A DNA stretch of 64,000 nt from Deltaproteobacteria bacterium (GCA_019307065.1 JAFDKH010000020.1:43097-107096); one strand, 5' to 3'; shown: positions 39,164 through 50,078, counted from the first letter of the stretch. Made by a program: numbers and translations. The notes: generated by a model from the letters alone, not told the origin.

Positions 39164-39750
39164 AAAGCGATGCACTGGTTGTATTCGGTCGCGAACCGCG
39201 CCCCGGTAAGGTGAAGACTCGTTTAGCTAAACAAATAGGCGCAGGCCCTGCATGTGACCTGTACAAAGACCTGCTGAACTCGACGATTGAAGTCTGCCTG
39301 AAAGTTGATGCCAACAGATTTCTCTACCTGCCCGAAGGCGACCTGTTGGCGGTGCCGGACGGGTCTTTTTCTCTTCGTGTCCAGAGCGGCGACGACCTGG
39401 GCCCCAGGATGGATCATGCCTTTTGTGAATGCTTCGAGAACGGTTACGCGCGTGTCGTACTGGTGGGAAGTGACTGTCCTTATCTGAGTCCCAGCATTCT
39501 GCGCGATGCATTCTCCGCACTGGACGGCTGCGAGACGGTCTTCGGGCCGGCGGTTGACGGTGGCTACTATCTTGTCGGCCAGAGGGCACCTGCCCGTGAC
39601 TTGTTTTCAAACATTGCCTTCAGCTGTGCCACAGTCTTTCGACAGACAATGTCGCGCCTTGAGGAAAACGGCTGGTCGTATTCTGTTCTGCCGATCCTGG
39701 AGGACATCGACGACCTGGCCTCTTTCGAACGCTACATAAAAAGGAGTTAG
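39160..39750 (+). CDS. DUF2064/CofC-like transferase, ArsS-associated (TIGR04282-like)
   Basis: PGKVKTRL, QSGDDLGPRM, VGSDCP, GPAVDGGYYL, LEDIDD. Confidence 0.88.
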   Translation: MKSDALVVFGREPRPGKVKTRLAKQIGAGPACDLYKDLLNSTIEVCLKVDANRFLYLPEGDLLAVPDGSFSLRVQSGDDLGPRMDHAFCECFENGYARVVLVGSDCPYLSPSILRDAFSALDGCETVFGPAVDGGYYLVGQRAPARDLFSNIAFSCATVFRQTMSRLEENGWSYSVLPILEDIDDLASFERYIKRS

Positions 39751-39811
39751 TGGTGGACAACACTGGGGCGGTAGGATACGACCAGGATCGCTTACGGGAG
39801 GTGCCGGGACC

Positions 39812-40309
39812 ATGAGCTCATCAGAAGCTAAAAAGCTCTACGAGAAGTTGAAAAATGAGGCAGAGGCCGGGGGCTACTTGCTTAATCCCGACACGGAGTT
39901 TGTGCTTGACCTGATGGAGGGATTGATCACCAACGCAGGGCGTTATGGCTACATGGCTTGCCCCTGCAGGCTTGCAGACGGAGTCCGCGAAAAAGACCTG
40001 GATATCATCTGTCCCTGTGACTACCGCGATCCCGATCTTGGAGAATTTGGCACTTGCTACTGTGCTCTATACGTTTCTGCCCAGGTCGCCACGGGTAAGA
40101 AAAAGATAAAACCCGTGCCCGAGCGAAGAGGTGCAGAACCTGCTCCTGGGTCGCAGGTAAAACCAAGAGAAAACAAAGCAACATTTTTTGAAGGCTCCAT
40201 CCCGGTTTGGCGCTGCAAAGTCTGTGGCTACCTTTGCGCCCGGCCGGAGCCTCCTCTGAAGTGTCCCATTTGTAAGGCCGACAAGGATCGCTTCGAAAAG
40301 TTCGCCTAA
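39812..40309 (+). CDS. Ferredoxin:thioredoxin/disulfide reductase catalytic subunit fused to a rubredoxin-like domain
   Basis: CPCR, CPCDY, CYC; C-terminal CKVCG..CPIC. Confidence 0.9.
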   Translation: MSSSEAKKLYEKLKNEAEAGGYLLNPDTEFVLDLMEGLITNAGRYGYMACPCRLADGVREKDLDIICPCDYRDPDLGEFGTCYCALYVSAQVATGKKKIKPVPERRGAEPAPGSQVKPRENKATFFEGSIPVWRCKVCGYLCARPEPPLKCPICKADKDRFEKFA

Positions 40310-40330
40310 GCGACCGTCAGGGAGGACTGA

Positions 40331-40396
40331 GTGGAATTAAAAATCCGTATCGCCGGGGCAGCCGGTCAGGCATCCCCCATCTGCGAAGAAGGATAG
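40331..40396 (+). pseudogene. Remnant of a 2-oxoacid:acceptor oxidoreductase alpha/gamma-subunit N-terminus
   Basis: GGAGG + GTG, then MELKIRIAGAAGQ followed by an unrelated 8 aa and a stop. Confidence 0.5.
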
Positions 40397-40409
40397 GAAC
40401 ACAAGCCTT

Positions 40410-41453
40410 ATGAAATCCGGTTCAAGCATTTTGCCCGATCATGAAAAGCTCAGAAATGTTATCGCCAGTGGAAAACGTCTGGTAATTTTTCTGCACGACA
40501 ATCCCGACCCGGATGCACTTGCCGCCGGATGGATCTTGCAACATATCGGCCAGCATCTGGGAATACGTTCCCAGATAGTGTACTCGGGACGACTGGGGCG
40601 GGCAGAAAACCGCACCATGGTTAAACTTCTAAAAATACCTGTTCGTTGCCTACACGAAAAACATATCCGTTACCTGAAAAACGATCGCTATGCGCTGGTC
40701 GACACTCAACCCGGCACCGGTAACAATATCTTTCCCCACCGCGATCTGAATTGCCACATCGTAATAGATCATCACCCGCGTCAGCCTGCCCTGAAAGCCA
40801 ACTATTGCGATATCCGACCGGATGTCGGAAGTTGCACGACAATGCTCCTGGACTACCAACAACATTTTGGGATTCCAATGAATTCCAATCTAGCAACGGC
40901 GGCTGCCTACGCGATTGTCTCAGAAACTCAAGATCTAGACCGCGAGAACACCAAGGCAGACCGCAAGGCATACGTACGTCTGTTTCCGCATGTCCACTTA
41001 CGTGCCCTGGGTCGGATTCGTCATCCAGTCCACGAACGCGACTACTACCGCACAATCGCGCGTGCCATGCGTCATGTAATGGTATCGAAAAACACCTGTG
41101 TATGTCATGTCGGCCAGGTACACACCCCCGAGGTCGTGGCTGAGTTCGCCGACTTTCTGGTAGCCATGGAGCGAATCAATTGGTGTCTGGTCAGCGGGTT
41201 CCATCAGGGCAACATGGTGATATCGATTCGCACCACCAATGCTCGGGCAGATGCAGAGCGAGTAATGAAACGAATTTTACTAAAACTCGGCCAGGGCGGC
41301 GGTCATGGCATGATCGGTGGCGGAGCTATTCTGTGCAAAGATCTCAACCGCTACGATTTGCTTGCCGAGCAAATTACAAAACGCTTCCTGAAACACCTAT
41401 CCCGTAGTCAGACCACACACCTGCGGCCACTTATCGAAAACGATCGAAATTAA
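40410..41453 (+). CDS. DHH family phosphoesterase
   Basis: HDNPDPDA, LVDT, IDHH, GGGHGMIGG. Confidence 0.88.
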   Translation: MKSGSSILPDHEKLRNVIASGKRLVIFLHDNPDPDALAAGWILQHIGQHLGIRSQIVYSGRLGRAENRTMVKLLKIPVRCLHEKHIRYLKNDRYALVDTQPGTGNNIFPHRDLNCHIVIDHHPRQPALKANYCDIRPDVGSCTTMLLDYQQHFGIPMNSNLATAAAYAIVSETQDLDRENTKADRKAYVRLFPHVHLRALGRIRHPVHERDYYRTIARAMRHVMVSKNTCVCHVGQVHTPEVVAEFADFLVAMERINWCLVSGFHQGNMVISIRTTNARADAERVMKRILLKLGQGGGHGMIGGGAILCKDLNRYDLLAEQITKRFLKHLSRSQTTHLRPLIENDRN

Positions 41454-41476
41454 GAACTAAGAAGTGAATCCGCCGT

Positions 41477-42013
41477 TCAGATCTTGCTTGGCTGGATCGC
41501 GAGTTTGATGTCGGCCGGTAAATTGAAGACTCTCAGACCCAACTCGCGATCAATCATGAACATTCCGCTGCCTTGCGGCCCGGCTAACTTGATCCTTTGC
41601 ACGATCCCATCGGCAGTCGCCTCTTCCTCCACCTGCTCCGATATGAACCATTGCAGAAAACTGTTCGAAGCATGGTCCTTTAACTCGATTGCCAGATTCA
41701 GCAGATCGCTGATCAAACCGGTTACTTTCTGCTCGTGCTGATAGACAGCCTCGAAGGCAGCCAGGGGAGAATCCCAATCGCTAGCCGGTTTATCAATTGC
41801 TTCGGCAATAAAACGGCCTCCCCTTTCTTCCAGATAGCCATGAATCTTCATGCCATGATACATTTCTTCGAGTGCCTGAATCTTCATCCAGTTTGCAGCG
41901 CCTTCTAAGTTGATCGATTGAAAATAAGACGCCATCGACAGATATAAATAAGAAGAATACATTTCGGCATTGACCTGCTTATTCAAGGCTGCTTCTATTT
42001 TTTCGTTTATCAT
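41477..42013 (-). CDS. ftnA: Non-haem ferritin
   Basis: QVNAEMYSSYLYLSM, EEMYH, FLQWFISEQVEEE. Confidence 0.93.
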   Translation of the reverse strand: MINEKIEAALNKQVNAEMYSSYLYLSMASYFQSINLEGAANWMKIQALEEMYHGMKIHGYLEERGGRFIAEAIDKPASDWDSPLAAFEAVYQHEQKVTGLISDLLNLAIELKDHASNSFLQWFISEQVEEEATADGIVQRIKLAGPQGSGMFMIDRELGLRVFNLPADIKLAIQPSKI

Positions 42014-42107
42014 TGTGGTCCTCCTGATTGGTTTTTTTTGTTCTTACCTAGCTATTGTGTTTACTGATCCGAGACTGTCAACCGGCAACCAGAAAAAAAA
42101 CCATGAA

Positions 42108-42160
42108 TGACTCAATATGTCTCACCGATCAAGCCTGTCTCAAAAGGATCTCGTGAGACA
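42108..42160. promoter_or_regulatory. TGTCTCA UAS cluster
   Basis: TGACTCA 42108, TGTCTCA 42118, TGTCTCA-N11-TGAGACA 42136-42160. Confidence 0.7.
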
Positions 42161-42245
42161 CATCATCCGGCTCAATTTGCCGGCTTTCTTTGATAACTCA
42201 TCTAAATAACTGATCATTTTCTGCGGGATGATGGCAACTTGGAAC

Positions 42246-42261
42246 TGGCACCAACCTTGCG
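42246..42261 (+). promoter_or_regulatory. Sigma-54 promoter
   Basis: TGGCACCAACCTTGCG (GG-N10-GC). Confidence 0.78.
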
Positions 42262-42293
42262 TGGTCCAGTTATCGACCATGAAGGAGAAGAAA

Positions 42294-44501
42294 TTGTTCA
42301 GAATGAAATTAATAGTGACAACTTTTTTCGTCTCCGTATTTATTTCAGGAGGTGTCAGCATGACCTTCCAAGCATGTAAATCTAGCGTTACCACTAAGGT
42401 CCCAATTCAGCCGGCCGCCCCAGCAGATGTCAGGCGCACAACTGATGATATCAGGCGCAATGGCAACCAGCTTATAAACGAAAAGTCTCTCTATCTTCGA
42501 CAACACGCTCATAATCCAGTCGACTGGCATCCCTGGGGAACTCAGGCCCTCGATCGGGCACGCAACGAAGACAAACCGATATTTCTTTCAATCGGCTATT
42601 CCGCCTGCCATTGGTGCCATGTGATGGAGGCTGAAGTCTTCGAAAACGATGAAATCGCGGCTTTCCTCAATGCAAATTTCATTTCTATCAAAGTCGATCG
42701 TGAAGAACGCCCCGACCTCGACAAGGCCTACATGGAAGCCGTGGTTGCCATAACCGGCAGCGGCGGCTGGCCGATGTCGGTTTTTTTGACCCCTGAACAA
42801 AAACCGTTTTTCGGCGGCACCTATTTTCCGCGGGATCAGTTCATCCAGCTGACCGCCAGCCTTTTGGAGGCCTACAATAGTGAGCGCAAATTAGTGGTTT
42901 CGCAGGCTGAAAGACTCTACCAGCATGTTTCGGCCCAATTGCAGATTGAACCGGATTCAATCAAAGATGAATTGTTCGGGCAGGTTGTTTCACTTGCAAA
43001 AAAACGTATAGATCACAAATGGGGAGGATTCACCTCCCAAATGAAATTCCCTATGCCGGTCAATTGGCAATTCTTGCTCAGGTACTTGCGCAAGCAAGCT
43101 GATCCCGAACTCGAAAAAATCATCCGCTTGACGCTCGACCAGATGGCCTCGGGCGGTCTGCAAGACCATTTGGCTGGTGGGTTCTACCGCTATTGTACCG
43201 AACCAACCTGGCTGATTCCTCACTTCGAGAAAATGCTTTACGACAACGCACTCCTGGCGAACTTATACCTGGAAGCCGCAGTCGTTTTTGAAGATAAAAG
43301 CTATGCCGAAACCGGCCGAGCCACGCTTGATTTCTTACTCAAAGAGATGAGCGATCAAGCCGGCGGGTTCTATTCAAGTTTCGATGCCGACAGTGGTGGA
43401 GAAGAAGGCGCATTCTATTTATGGACTCCGGCTGAGATCGTGGAGGTGGCCGGCAAGCAAGACGGCCCGCCTCTGTCAGCGCTTTTCGGTGTTACGCCCC
43501 AAGGCAATTTCGAGAGCAAGAGCATACTCACCTTGAGAAGCAATCCCGCGGAACTGGCCAGACAATTTAATAGCGATGAAAAGCAAGTGGCTGGCCTTGT
43601 CGCCCGACACAAGCAAGCAATGCTTAAGTTCCGCCAAAAACGTATTGCGCCAGGTCTCGACCGCAAGATAATCACTTCCTGGAACGGTCTGGCAATTACC
43701 GCCTTGGCCCAGGCTTACCGTACACTCGGCGACGAACGCTACCTCAAGGCGGGCGAGAAAGCCGCGGCATTTCTATTGAGCGTGCATCGTAGACCGGACG
43801 GCGGGCTATTTCGGTCATCGAACAACAACGTCGCCGAGCACAATGCGATTCTAGACGACTATGCCTTTTTGTCTCGCGGCTTACTGGCCCTTTATCAGGC
43901 CACCGGCAAACAAGACTATTTGAAAAACTCTCTCGGGTTGATCGACTACACTATAAAAAACTTCAGCAACCCCAAAGGAGGCTTCTACCTGACAGCCGCC
44001 GATCAAAAAAACCCCCTTGGCCGGCAGTTCGAAGTCATTGATGGAGTTCGGCCATCCGGCAACTCGGCCATGCTCGAAGCTTTACTGATAGCCGGCACAA
44101 TCACCGGTCGCGAACAATACAGACAGCTTCTTCAGACCTCACTCGAAGCATACGCCAGGGCGTTGCAAGCTGCGGGGTTGGAAATGGCTGGCTGGCTCGA
44201 TGTCGCTCTACGCCTGAAAGGACCATTTTATAATGTGATCATTGCCGGCGATCTCGAGACGACCGCTACCCAAACACTGATAGGCGGACTACAACGCCTA
44301 AACCCTGCAGGCGTTGCTCTGGCCTTTGGACCGGCCGCTAACCCGTCTGCAGAAATGCTGGATCTGATACCTGCGCTTGCCGGAAAAAAAGCATTGCAAG
44401 GCAAGCCAACTGCCTTCGTCTGCAAACACGGTGTCTGCAAACAGCCGACTCATGATGCCGAAGTCCTCGAACGACAAGTTCTAACCGGTTGGAACAAATA
44501 G
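42294..44501 (+). CDS. Thioredoxin-domain DUF255/YyaL (SPATA20-like) protein with N-terminal signal
   Basis: [31 protein letters not shown]; start placed after the sigma-54 promoter and an AAGGAG RBS. Confidence 0.9.
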   Translation: MFRMKLIVTTFFVSVFISGGVSMTFQACKSSVTTKVPIQPAAPADVRRTTDDIRRNGNQLINEKSLYLRQHAHNPVDWHPWGTQALDRARNEDKPIFLSIGYSACHWCHVMEAEVFENDEIAAFLNANFISIKVDREERPDLDKAYMEAVVAITGSGGWPMSVFLTPEQKPFFGGTYFPRDQFIQLTASLLEAYNSERKLVVSQAERLYQHVSAQLQIEPDSIKDELFGQVVSLAKKRIDHKWGGFTSQMKFPMPVNWQFLLRYLRKQADPELEKIIRLTLDQMASGGLQDHLAGGFYRYCTEPTWLIPHFEKMLYDNALLANLYLEAAVVFEDKSYAETGRATLDFLLKEMSDQAGGFYSSFDADSGGEEGAFYLWTPAEIVEVAGKQDGPPLSALFGVTPQGNFESKSILTLRSNPAELARQFNSDEKQVAGLVARHKQAMLKFRQKRIAPGLDRKIITSWNGLAITALAQAYRTLGDERYLKAGEKAAAFLLSVHRRPDGGLFRSSNNNVAEHNAILDDYAFLSRGLLALYQATGKQDYLKNSLGLIDYTIKNFSNPKGGFYLTAADQKNPLGRQFEVIDGVRPSGNSAMLEALLIAGTITGREQYRQLLQTSLEAYARALQAAGLEMAGWLDVALRLKGPFYNVIIAGDLETTATQTLIGGLQRLNPAGVALAFGPAANPSAEMLDLIPALAGKKALQGKPTAFVCKHGVCKQPTHDAEVLERQVLTGWNK

Positions 44502-44519
44502 GCTAAAAGGAGAATAACA

Positions 44520-44681
44520 ATGAAAACAGTCGTGATCAGCCTGACAGAAAAAGAGATTCAGTGGCTGGATTTGATCTTGATAGACAAAGACAAAGAAGAT
44601 GCGCTGAAGTTTGCAGCCGAAGTCATTAAACAAAAAGTCAAGGCCCAGGAACCGGTCCACTGTGGAGACCACGCAGTCTAG
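44520..44681 (+). CDS. Small hypothetical protein (53 aa), not in the ORF track
   Basis: AAGGAG RBS + ATG; MKTVVISLTEKEIQWLDLILIDKDKEDALKF..HCGDHAV. Confidence 0.65.
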   Translation: MKTVVISLTEKEIQWLDLILIDKDKEDALKFAAEVIKQKVKAQEPVHCGDHAV

Positions 44682-44811
44682 CAGAGCTGAAAAGGTAGCC
44701 GCCAGCCTCGGTAAATACTCGACATCGAGTCGATTATGTGACTATCGAAAAGGGTATGCGAGTCCCTGTGTGAATAACCGTCGTTGATTAACAACCGTCT
44801 TGGAGAAGATC

Positions 44812-45369
44812 ATGACAGACATGGTACGTTGTAGGGCCTGTGGTTACATAGCCAAAGAATCCAGTATAAAAAAGGTTTGTCCGGCTTGCGGCCTGCCGGA
44901 AACAGTCTTTGAGCCATACCAGGATAAAATCTCAAAAAACAGGCAGCTAATCCTGGGGCTGAATCTCCATCCAATTTCGGTTCATTTCCCGCAGGCCTTG
45001 GCAATTCTTATTCCAATCATGCTGGCCGCCAGTTGGTTGCCTATCGAAAACCTGAGTTTTCAATTGTTGATATCAGCCCGGCTTTTGATCGTTATTCTGC
45101 CATTCAGCGTTGTCGGCGCGCTATTAGCCGGCCTAATCGACGGTAAAACACGTTTCAAAAAACTGACAACCCCATACTTGTTGAAGAAGATTATTGTCGG
45201 GTCCGTATTTCTGATTCTATCGACAGTCATGGCGATCTTGATGTTTGTCGAAGATTTCGAGCCAGACAGTTTTTACTTGGTATTCGCCATGTCGGTAGGC
45301 TGCGCAATTTGTGCCGTCATACTCGGTAAAATCGGCGGGAAGATTGTGTCAGCCAAGGTAAATGGCTAG
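44812..45369 (+). CDS. Rubredoxin-like domain fused to a DUF2231-like membrane domain
   Basis: CRACGY..CPACG; LHPISVHFP; 4 TMs. Confidence 0.75.
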   Translation: MTDMVRCRACGYIAKESSIKKVCPACGLPETVFEPYQDKISKNRQLILGLNLHPISVHFPQALAILIPIMLAASWLPIENLSFQLLISARLLIVILPFSVVGALLAGLIDGKTRFKKLTTPYLLKKIIVGSVFLILSTVMAILMFVEDFEPDSFYLVFAMSVGCAICAVILGKIGGKIVSAKVNG

Positions 45370-45506
45370 CGACATCGTCAAGCCAAGCACTATTCTTTTT
45401 TGTTTTTCATAAAGAAATCTTGTACATGGTGCGCCAATATGCCAAATGGTTATGTTTGAGATGAGCGGGGAATGACTCGTGCTGTAACCAATTGTTTGGA
45501 GTGGGA

Positions 45507-47468
45507 ATGGGACAAGTTGAATCCGAAGAAGATGTTGCAATACGCAAGCCGCGTCAGCGTTTCTGGCTTGCGCTAAAAATTCTGTCTGTTGGCTACCTGG
45601 CAGGAACGGTTGTACAACATGGACTTTCAAAGAGCTTAGCGAACAATCCAGATCTATCCCAAACACTCGGAGTCGTAATAGGTCTGACGAGTTTTTTGGG
45701 TGTGCTTATATTTGGCTTCAACCGACGCTGGTCGCTGTTTTTTGCCAGCAACCGATTTTCTACACCTGTGATTCTAGCAATAACTCATTTTTCTATCTTG
45801 GGAACATTTATCGTACAAGGCAAGTCTGGGAACACGTTAGTGGAAATGTTTTTCCTGCAAGACGTCTTTCATTCTTTTGGTTTTATCTTTTTGATGGGTT
45901 TGGGAGCTGGTGGGCTGGCACTAGTTTGTTGCCGTAAACGCAAATGGACCATCCGGTATGCAGGTGCCTTTTCTGCCCACATTGGTTTGTTGTTGATTTT
46001 ACTTGGAGCGGCAATCGGAAATTTGTGGAGCACGAAGGGACGATTGAATATGCATGTGGGAGATGAGTCCAAAAACATTCTCATCCCAAAAACTGACGGT
46101 CAGGTTTATCAGATGGAACTGCCTTTTTCGGTCAGGTTCGACAAATTTGAGCTCAAACACTACGAGCCCGCGATAAGGTTGATGGTTTTCGGATTCAATG
46201 GAAAAAAAGAGAAGCGGCTTTTATCGGTAGATCCTAAAGAGACAAAAGACATCGAAATATTGAAAGAGAAATTTGGCGTCACTTTTATCTCCTACTGGTC
46301 AGACTATCATCGTAAGGAAGTGGTCACTCCGGTTGAGGTACCGGCAGACAAGCTCATTGCGCCATCCAAAAAACAGCCGGCCGCCATTCAGATTAGCATG
46401 CCCGCTGCGAAAGGTTCCCAGACTGTATGGGTCTACGATGAGGGATTGTCTGAAGGTGGACGCATCAAGGGTCAAGAGCATCAACTCGCTTTCTTTTGGC
46501 AGCCAGTGCGAGCTAAAGCCTATCTGGAATCTTTGGAGGCAGGCCCAAAAAGTTCAGAGCACCTACTGGTATTTGGCGAGAATCGTATACCAGTCAAGGT
46601 CGGCGAAAGCTATGCCTTGCCTGGACGCAATGAGACAGTGAAAGTCTTACAAGCCTTTCGCGACCTGGTCATGGACGCCCAAACACGTAAGCCTTCCGAA
46701 CGATCCAATAAACCCCATAACCCGGCCATTGAAATTTCGGTATTGGATTCCAACGACAAGCAAATCAGCAAGACCTGGTTGTTTGCCAAATTTCCTGGAT
46801 TTCATCACCAGGGTAAAGGCGCTAATTCAGCCTTAGCACACATGCAGTATGAATTTAGCGCGGCTTCTTTTGAACCGCCTCTGATGGTAATCGTTGGCGA
46901 AACCCAACAGGTATTCAAACGCGACAAAGACGGCGCCCTGACCCCCGGGAAGCTTGTGCGCGACCAGAGTTTCAAAATTGGCGAGCATGATTTTCGGGTG
47001 CTGTCTTTGCACGCACAGGTTCAACGAAGATACATTGATACCAACAAAAGCGACAAGGTCAAAAACCCGGTCGCGCAGATCCGCTATAAAGAACGCGCGC
47101 AATTCCTGGCACCTGGGAAACCGCTCCAACTATCCGAACGGCGGATATTAGTGCTGGCCGACAAAAACGGCGACAACGTTAAGGATTATCTCAGCAGCAT
47201 GTCAGTTATTGAAAACGGCAAGAAGGTCAAAACCCATATCATCGAGGTCAACTATCCCTTGGAGTACCAGGGCTGGGTTTTTTACCAATCTGATTACAGA
47301 AAGGATGATCTAACCTTTTCAGGCTTTATGGTTGTCCGTGATCCCGGCCTGTGGGTGGTGTATTTGGGCCTGCTGATCAACTTTTGCGGAGTGGCCCTCG
47401 CTATGTTTTTACCGGTGTTTTCCCGAAGACAAAAAGTTCGGTTAGCTGCAAAAGGAAGCGTCACATGA
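45507..47468 (+). CDS. resB: Cytochrome c biogenesis protein ResB/CcsB
   Basis: TMs with AHIGLLLI, large periplasmic domain, IEVNYPL..FYQS..DPG. Confidence 0.85.
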   Translation: MGQVESEEDVAIRKPRQRFWLALKILSVGYLAGTVVQHGLSKSLANNPDLSQTLGVVIGLTSFLGVLIFGFNRRWSLFFASNRFSTPVILAITHFSILGTFIVQGKSGNTLVEMFFLQDVFHSFGFIFLMGLGAGGLALVCCRKRKWTIRYAGAFSAHIGLLLILLGAAIGNLWSTKGRLNMHVGDESKNILIPKTDGQVYQMELPFSVRFDKFELKHYEPAIRLMVFGFNGKKEKRLLSVDPKETKDIEILKEKFGVTFISYWSDYHRKEVVTPVEVPADKLIAPSKKQPAAIQISMPAAKGSQTVWVYDEGLSEGGRIKGQEHQLAFFWQPVRAKAYLESLEAGPKSSEHLLVFGENRIPVKVGESYALPGRNETVKVLQAFRDLVMDAQTRKPSERSNKPHNPAIEISVLDSNDKQISKTWLFAKFPGFHHQGKGANSALAHMQYEFSAASFEPPLMVIVGETQQVFKRDKDGALTPGKLVRDQSFKIGEHDFRVLSLHAQVQRRYIDTNKSDKVKNPVAQIRYKERAQFLAPGKPLQLSERRILVLADKNGDNVKDYLSSMSVIENGKKVKTHIIEVNYPLEYQGWVFYQSDYRKDDLTFSGFMVVRDPGLWVVYLGLLINFCGVALAMFLPVFSRRQKVRLAAKGSVT

Positions 47469-48346
47469 CACAAACAGCTGAAATCCTTACAACCTGGTGT
47501 ATTGGCGTTTATGTCCTGGCAGCATTGATATATGCCTTAATGTGGCTCAAGGATGCCAAAATCCTGCGCTGGTCGGCTCCGGCTGTACTGGCCTGTGGAC
47601 TGGGCTTGAATTTGTTTCAGCTCTTTTCTCGCTGGCTGGAGACTAATCAACCTCCCTTTAAAACCTTGTTCGAGTCACTGGTATTGTTTGCGGCCTGTGT
47701 GACCATCTTGTATCTGGCCGTTGAGTTCATTTACCGGGCACGTATCCTGGGCAGTTTTTCCGGACTTATGGCGGCCGCAATCCTGCTATATGGCTTGCTG
47801 GGACACGACAAAGAAGCGGTGAACTTGCCGCCGGCTCTGCAGAGTGGCTGGTTTATTCCGCACGTGGTTGTGTATTTTTTCGGATACGGGGCCATGGTTA
47901 TTGCCTTTATCATCGCCATTGTGTTTTTGGTTCAAGGTGCCCAGTCAGCCCAAAGTGTGGCACAGAAACAAGCCACAAAAATGGAATCTGCCAGCGTTTT
48001 CCAACTCCGATTTGCGCATTTGCTGCCGTTGGAACTGCGTAACATGGAGTGGTTGCTGGATCTAACTGTACGTTTTGGTTTTGCCTTATTGACCTTTGGA
48101 TTGCTGATTGGGGCGGTATGGGCCAAAGAAGCCTGGGGAGACTACTGGACGTGGGATCCCAAAGAAACCTGGTCATTGGTGACCTGGCTGGTGTTCGCTG
48201 CCTATCTCCACTTGCATTACCTTAGCGGCTGGCGGGGAAAGAAACTGGCCTTTTTGGTGATAGCTGGATTCGCCGCAGTTTTATTCACCTACCTGGGCAT
48301 GCACTTGCTGCCGAATGCGGATCAAAGTGCACATGTGTATCAATAG
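47465..48346 (+). CDS. ccsA: Cytochrome c biogenesis protein CcsA/ResC
   Basis: PALQSGW..HV and WWD domain WGDYWTWDPKETW. Confidence 0.93.
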   Translation: MTQTAEILTTWCIGVYVLAALIYALMWLKDAKILRWSAPAVLACGLGLNLFQLFSRWLETNQPPFKTLFESLVLFAACVTILYLAVEFIYRARILGSFSGLMAAAILLYGLLGHDKEAVNLPPALQSGWFIPHVVVYFFGYGAMVIAFIIAIVFLVQGAQSAQSVAQKQATKMESASVFQLRFAHLLPLELRNMEWLLDLTVRFGFALLTFGLLIGAVWAKEAWGDYWTWDPKETWSLVTWLVFAAYLHLHYLSGWRGKKLAFLVIAGFAAVLFTYLGMHLLPNADQSAHVYQ

Positions 48347-48397
48347 CCTCACATAGGAAGTGTTGGGTCATAAATAGGCCCTCTTGACCTATGAAAG

Positions 48398-48491
48398 TGT
48401 CTCATTTAGATTGCCGGACATAGTTACATTTTTTCTAATACACTGTAACCACTTCAGTTATTGACATATTGCATTTGGCACACCACTTGCT
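48398..48491 (+). promoter_or_regulatory. Sigma-54 promoter with upstream TGTCTCA box
   Basis: TGTCTCA 48398; TGGCACACCACTTGCT 48476-48491. Confidence 0.8.
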
Positions 48492-48538
48492 TTGAACATT
48501 TCAAACAGTAACTTAGAAAACCTCAAAAGGAGAATGAA

Positions 48539-48979
48539 ATGTCCACTAAAGAACTTCAGGAAAAATTAGTCGATCAAATGAAAACCTGGCAAAAGATCGA
48601 AGACTCGGCGGTAGCCTCGACCAGCAAGATAATAAAAGAATCTCAAAATCCGTTGATTCAGTTGGTAATGGAAATCATCAAAGCCGATTCGCAGATGCAT
48701 CATCGAGTCCAGGAATTCATCGTCAGTATGTATGAGAAGCAGGCAGTTTCTTTGACGCCGGAAGAGATGGGTGAAGTCTGGGATAGTATCGAAAAGCACA
48801 TAGCGATTGAAAAGAAAATGGTCGCCTATGTCGATGATGCCCTTGAATCTCTGAAGGGCAAAAAGATGCTGGTACCTGAGTATCTCTTGACCTATCTGCG
48901 GTCTGACGAACAAAAGCACGACGATTTACTGGCCGGTCTCGAATACATCAAACGCGGGATGTACCCCTACTCATCCTGA
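48539..48979 (+). CDS. Ferritin-like four-helix protein
   Basis: IKADSQMH, HIAIE, SDEQKH di-iron-like pattern. Confidence 0.65.
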   Translation: MSTKELQEKLVDQMKTWQKIEDSAVASTSKIIKESQNPLIQLVMEIIKADSQMHHRVQEFIVSMYEKQAVSLTPEEMGEVWDSIEKHIAIEKKMVAYVDDALESLKGKKMLVPEYLLTYLRSDEQKHDDLLAGLEYIKRGMYPYSS

Positions 48980-49018
48980 CATGATTGAGAAGCCTGGCAG
49001 AGGAGGTATGAACAAAAC

Positions 49019-49525
49019 ATGGAACTAGAAAATGCAATCAAAACCGCCATAAGCTACGAAATCAAGATCCGCGACCTTTACCTCAAGAGCGTCGAAACCT
49101 GCCAGGATGATACCGGCTGTAAAGTCCTTCAGATCATGGCAGGCGAAGAACAAGATCATATTGATTACCTTGCGCTGATGCTCGAAGAATGGAAAGAGTC
49201 GGGCAAAATTACACCCAAAAAACTGAAATCAGCGATCCCATCAAAAACCAAGATTGCAAAAAGCGTTGCCAAGTTGAAAAAGAAATCGGCAGCCGAGCAA
49301 CTGTCCAGCGACCTCGATTTGTTGAAGCTTGCTCTTGAAATCGAAAAAGAAACCAGTGATTTCTATCGCCAAATGGTGAATTCTCTCAATGCCGCCGGAC
49401 AAGAGCTGTTCGAGCCGTTTGTCGAGATTGAAGACGGGCACGTAGCGATTGTCCAGGCCGAAATAGATAATCTCAGTGGCCTCGGCTTCTGGTTCGATTT
49501 CCAGGAGTTCGATCTCGAGGGATAA
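49019..49525 (+). CDS. Ferritin/rubrerythrin-like protein without a rubredoxin domain
   Basis: AISYE, EEQDH, ALEIE..FY, IEDGH. Confidence 0.85.
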   Translation: MELENAIKTAISYEIKIRDLYLKSVETCQDDTGCKVLQIMAGEEQDHIDYLALMLEEWKESGKITPKKLKSAIPSKTKIAKSVAKLKKKSAAEQLSSDLDLLKLALEIEKETSDFYRQMVNSLNAAGQELFEPFVEIEDGHVAIVQAEIDNLSGLGFWFDFQEFDLEG

Positions 49526-49548
49526 TGATAACTTTCAAGGAGACCGGT

Positions 49549-50061
49549 ATGGGCACGAATAATCAGGATATTATTAATGGCCTGCAACAGGCGATACAAA
49601 CCGAATCGTATGGCCACTATTTCTACAGTATGGCAGCCGCAACCATCGAAGACCAAAAAGGCAAAGAGATTTTTAAAACCCTGGCACAAGAAGAGCTGGC
49701 CCATATGCGCTTTTTGCAGGATCAGCATCAGTCTTTTGTTGAACAGGGCAAAGCCGACGACGCAGCCAGGTTAGGACCGCAGGCAGACCTGTCCGGTAGT
49801 AGTCCGATCTTCTCGACAGCTATCAAGAATCGAATTTCGACCGCTCACTTCGAGATGACTGCTTTGTCCGTCGCAATCAACTTAGAGTTGTCATCAGAAC
49901 AGTTTTATCGAAAACAATCCCAGGCAGCCTCCGACCCGACTGTGGCTAAATTTTTTATCGACTTAGCCGATTGGGAGTCGGGACATTATCATGCTCTGCT
50001 TCGTCAGCAGGAAGAGCTGAAGCAAGACTATTGGGCAGAGGCCGGTTTTGCACCCTCATGA
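49549..50061 (+). CDS. Ferritin/rubrerythrin-like protein
   Basis: AIQTE..FY, EELAH, AINLE..FY, WESGH. Confidence 0.85.
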   Translation: MGTNNQDIINGLQQAIQTESYGHYFYSMAAATIEDQKGKEIFKTLAQEELAHMRFLQDQHQSFVEQGKADDAARLGPQADLSGSSPIFSTAIKNRISTAHFEMTALSVAINLELSSEQFYRKQSQAASDPTVAKFFIDLADWESGHYHALLRQQEELKQDYWAEAGFAPS

Positions 50062-50078
50062 TTGTGGCCCCCATTACG

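Noticed and set aside
45426-45444. Possible sigma-54 promoter upstream of resB
   Set aside because: The GG-to-GC spacing is 11 nt rather than 10, and there are no UAS boxes.
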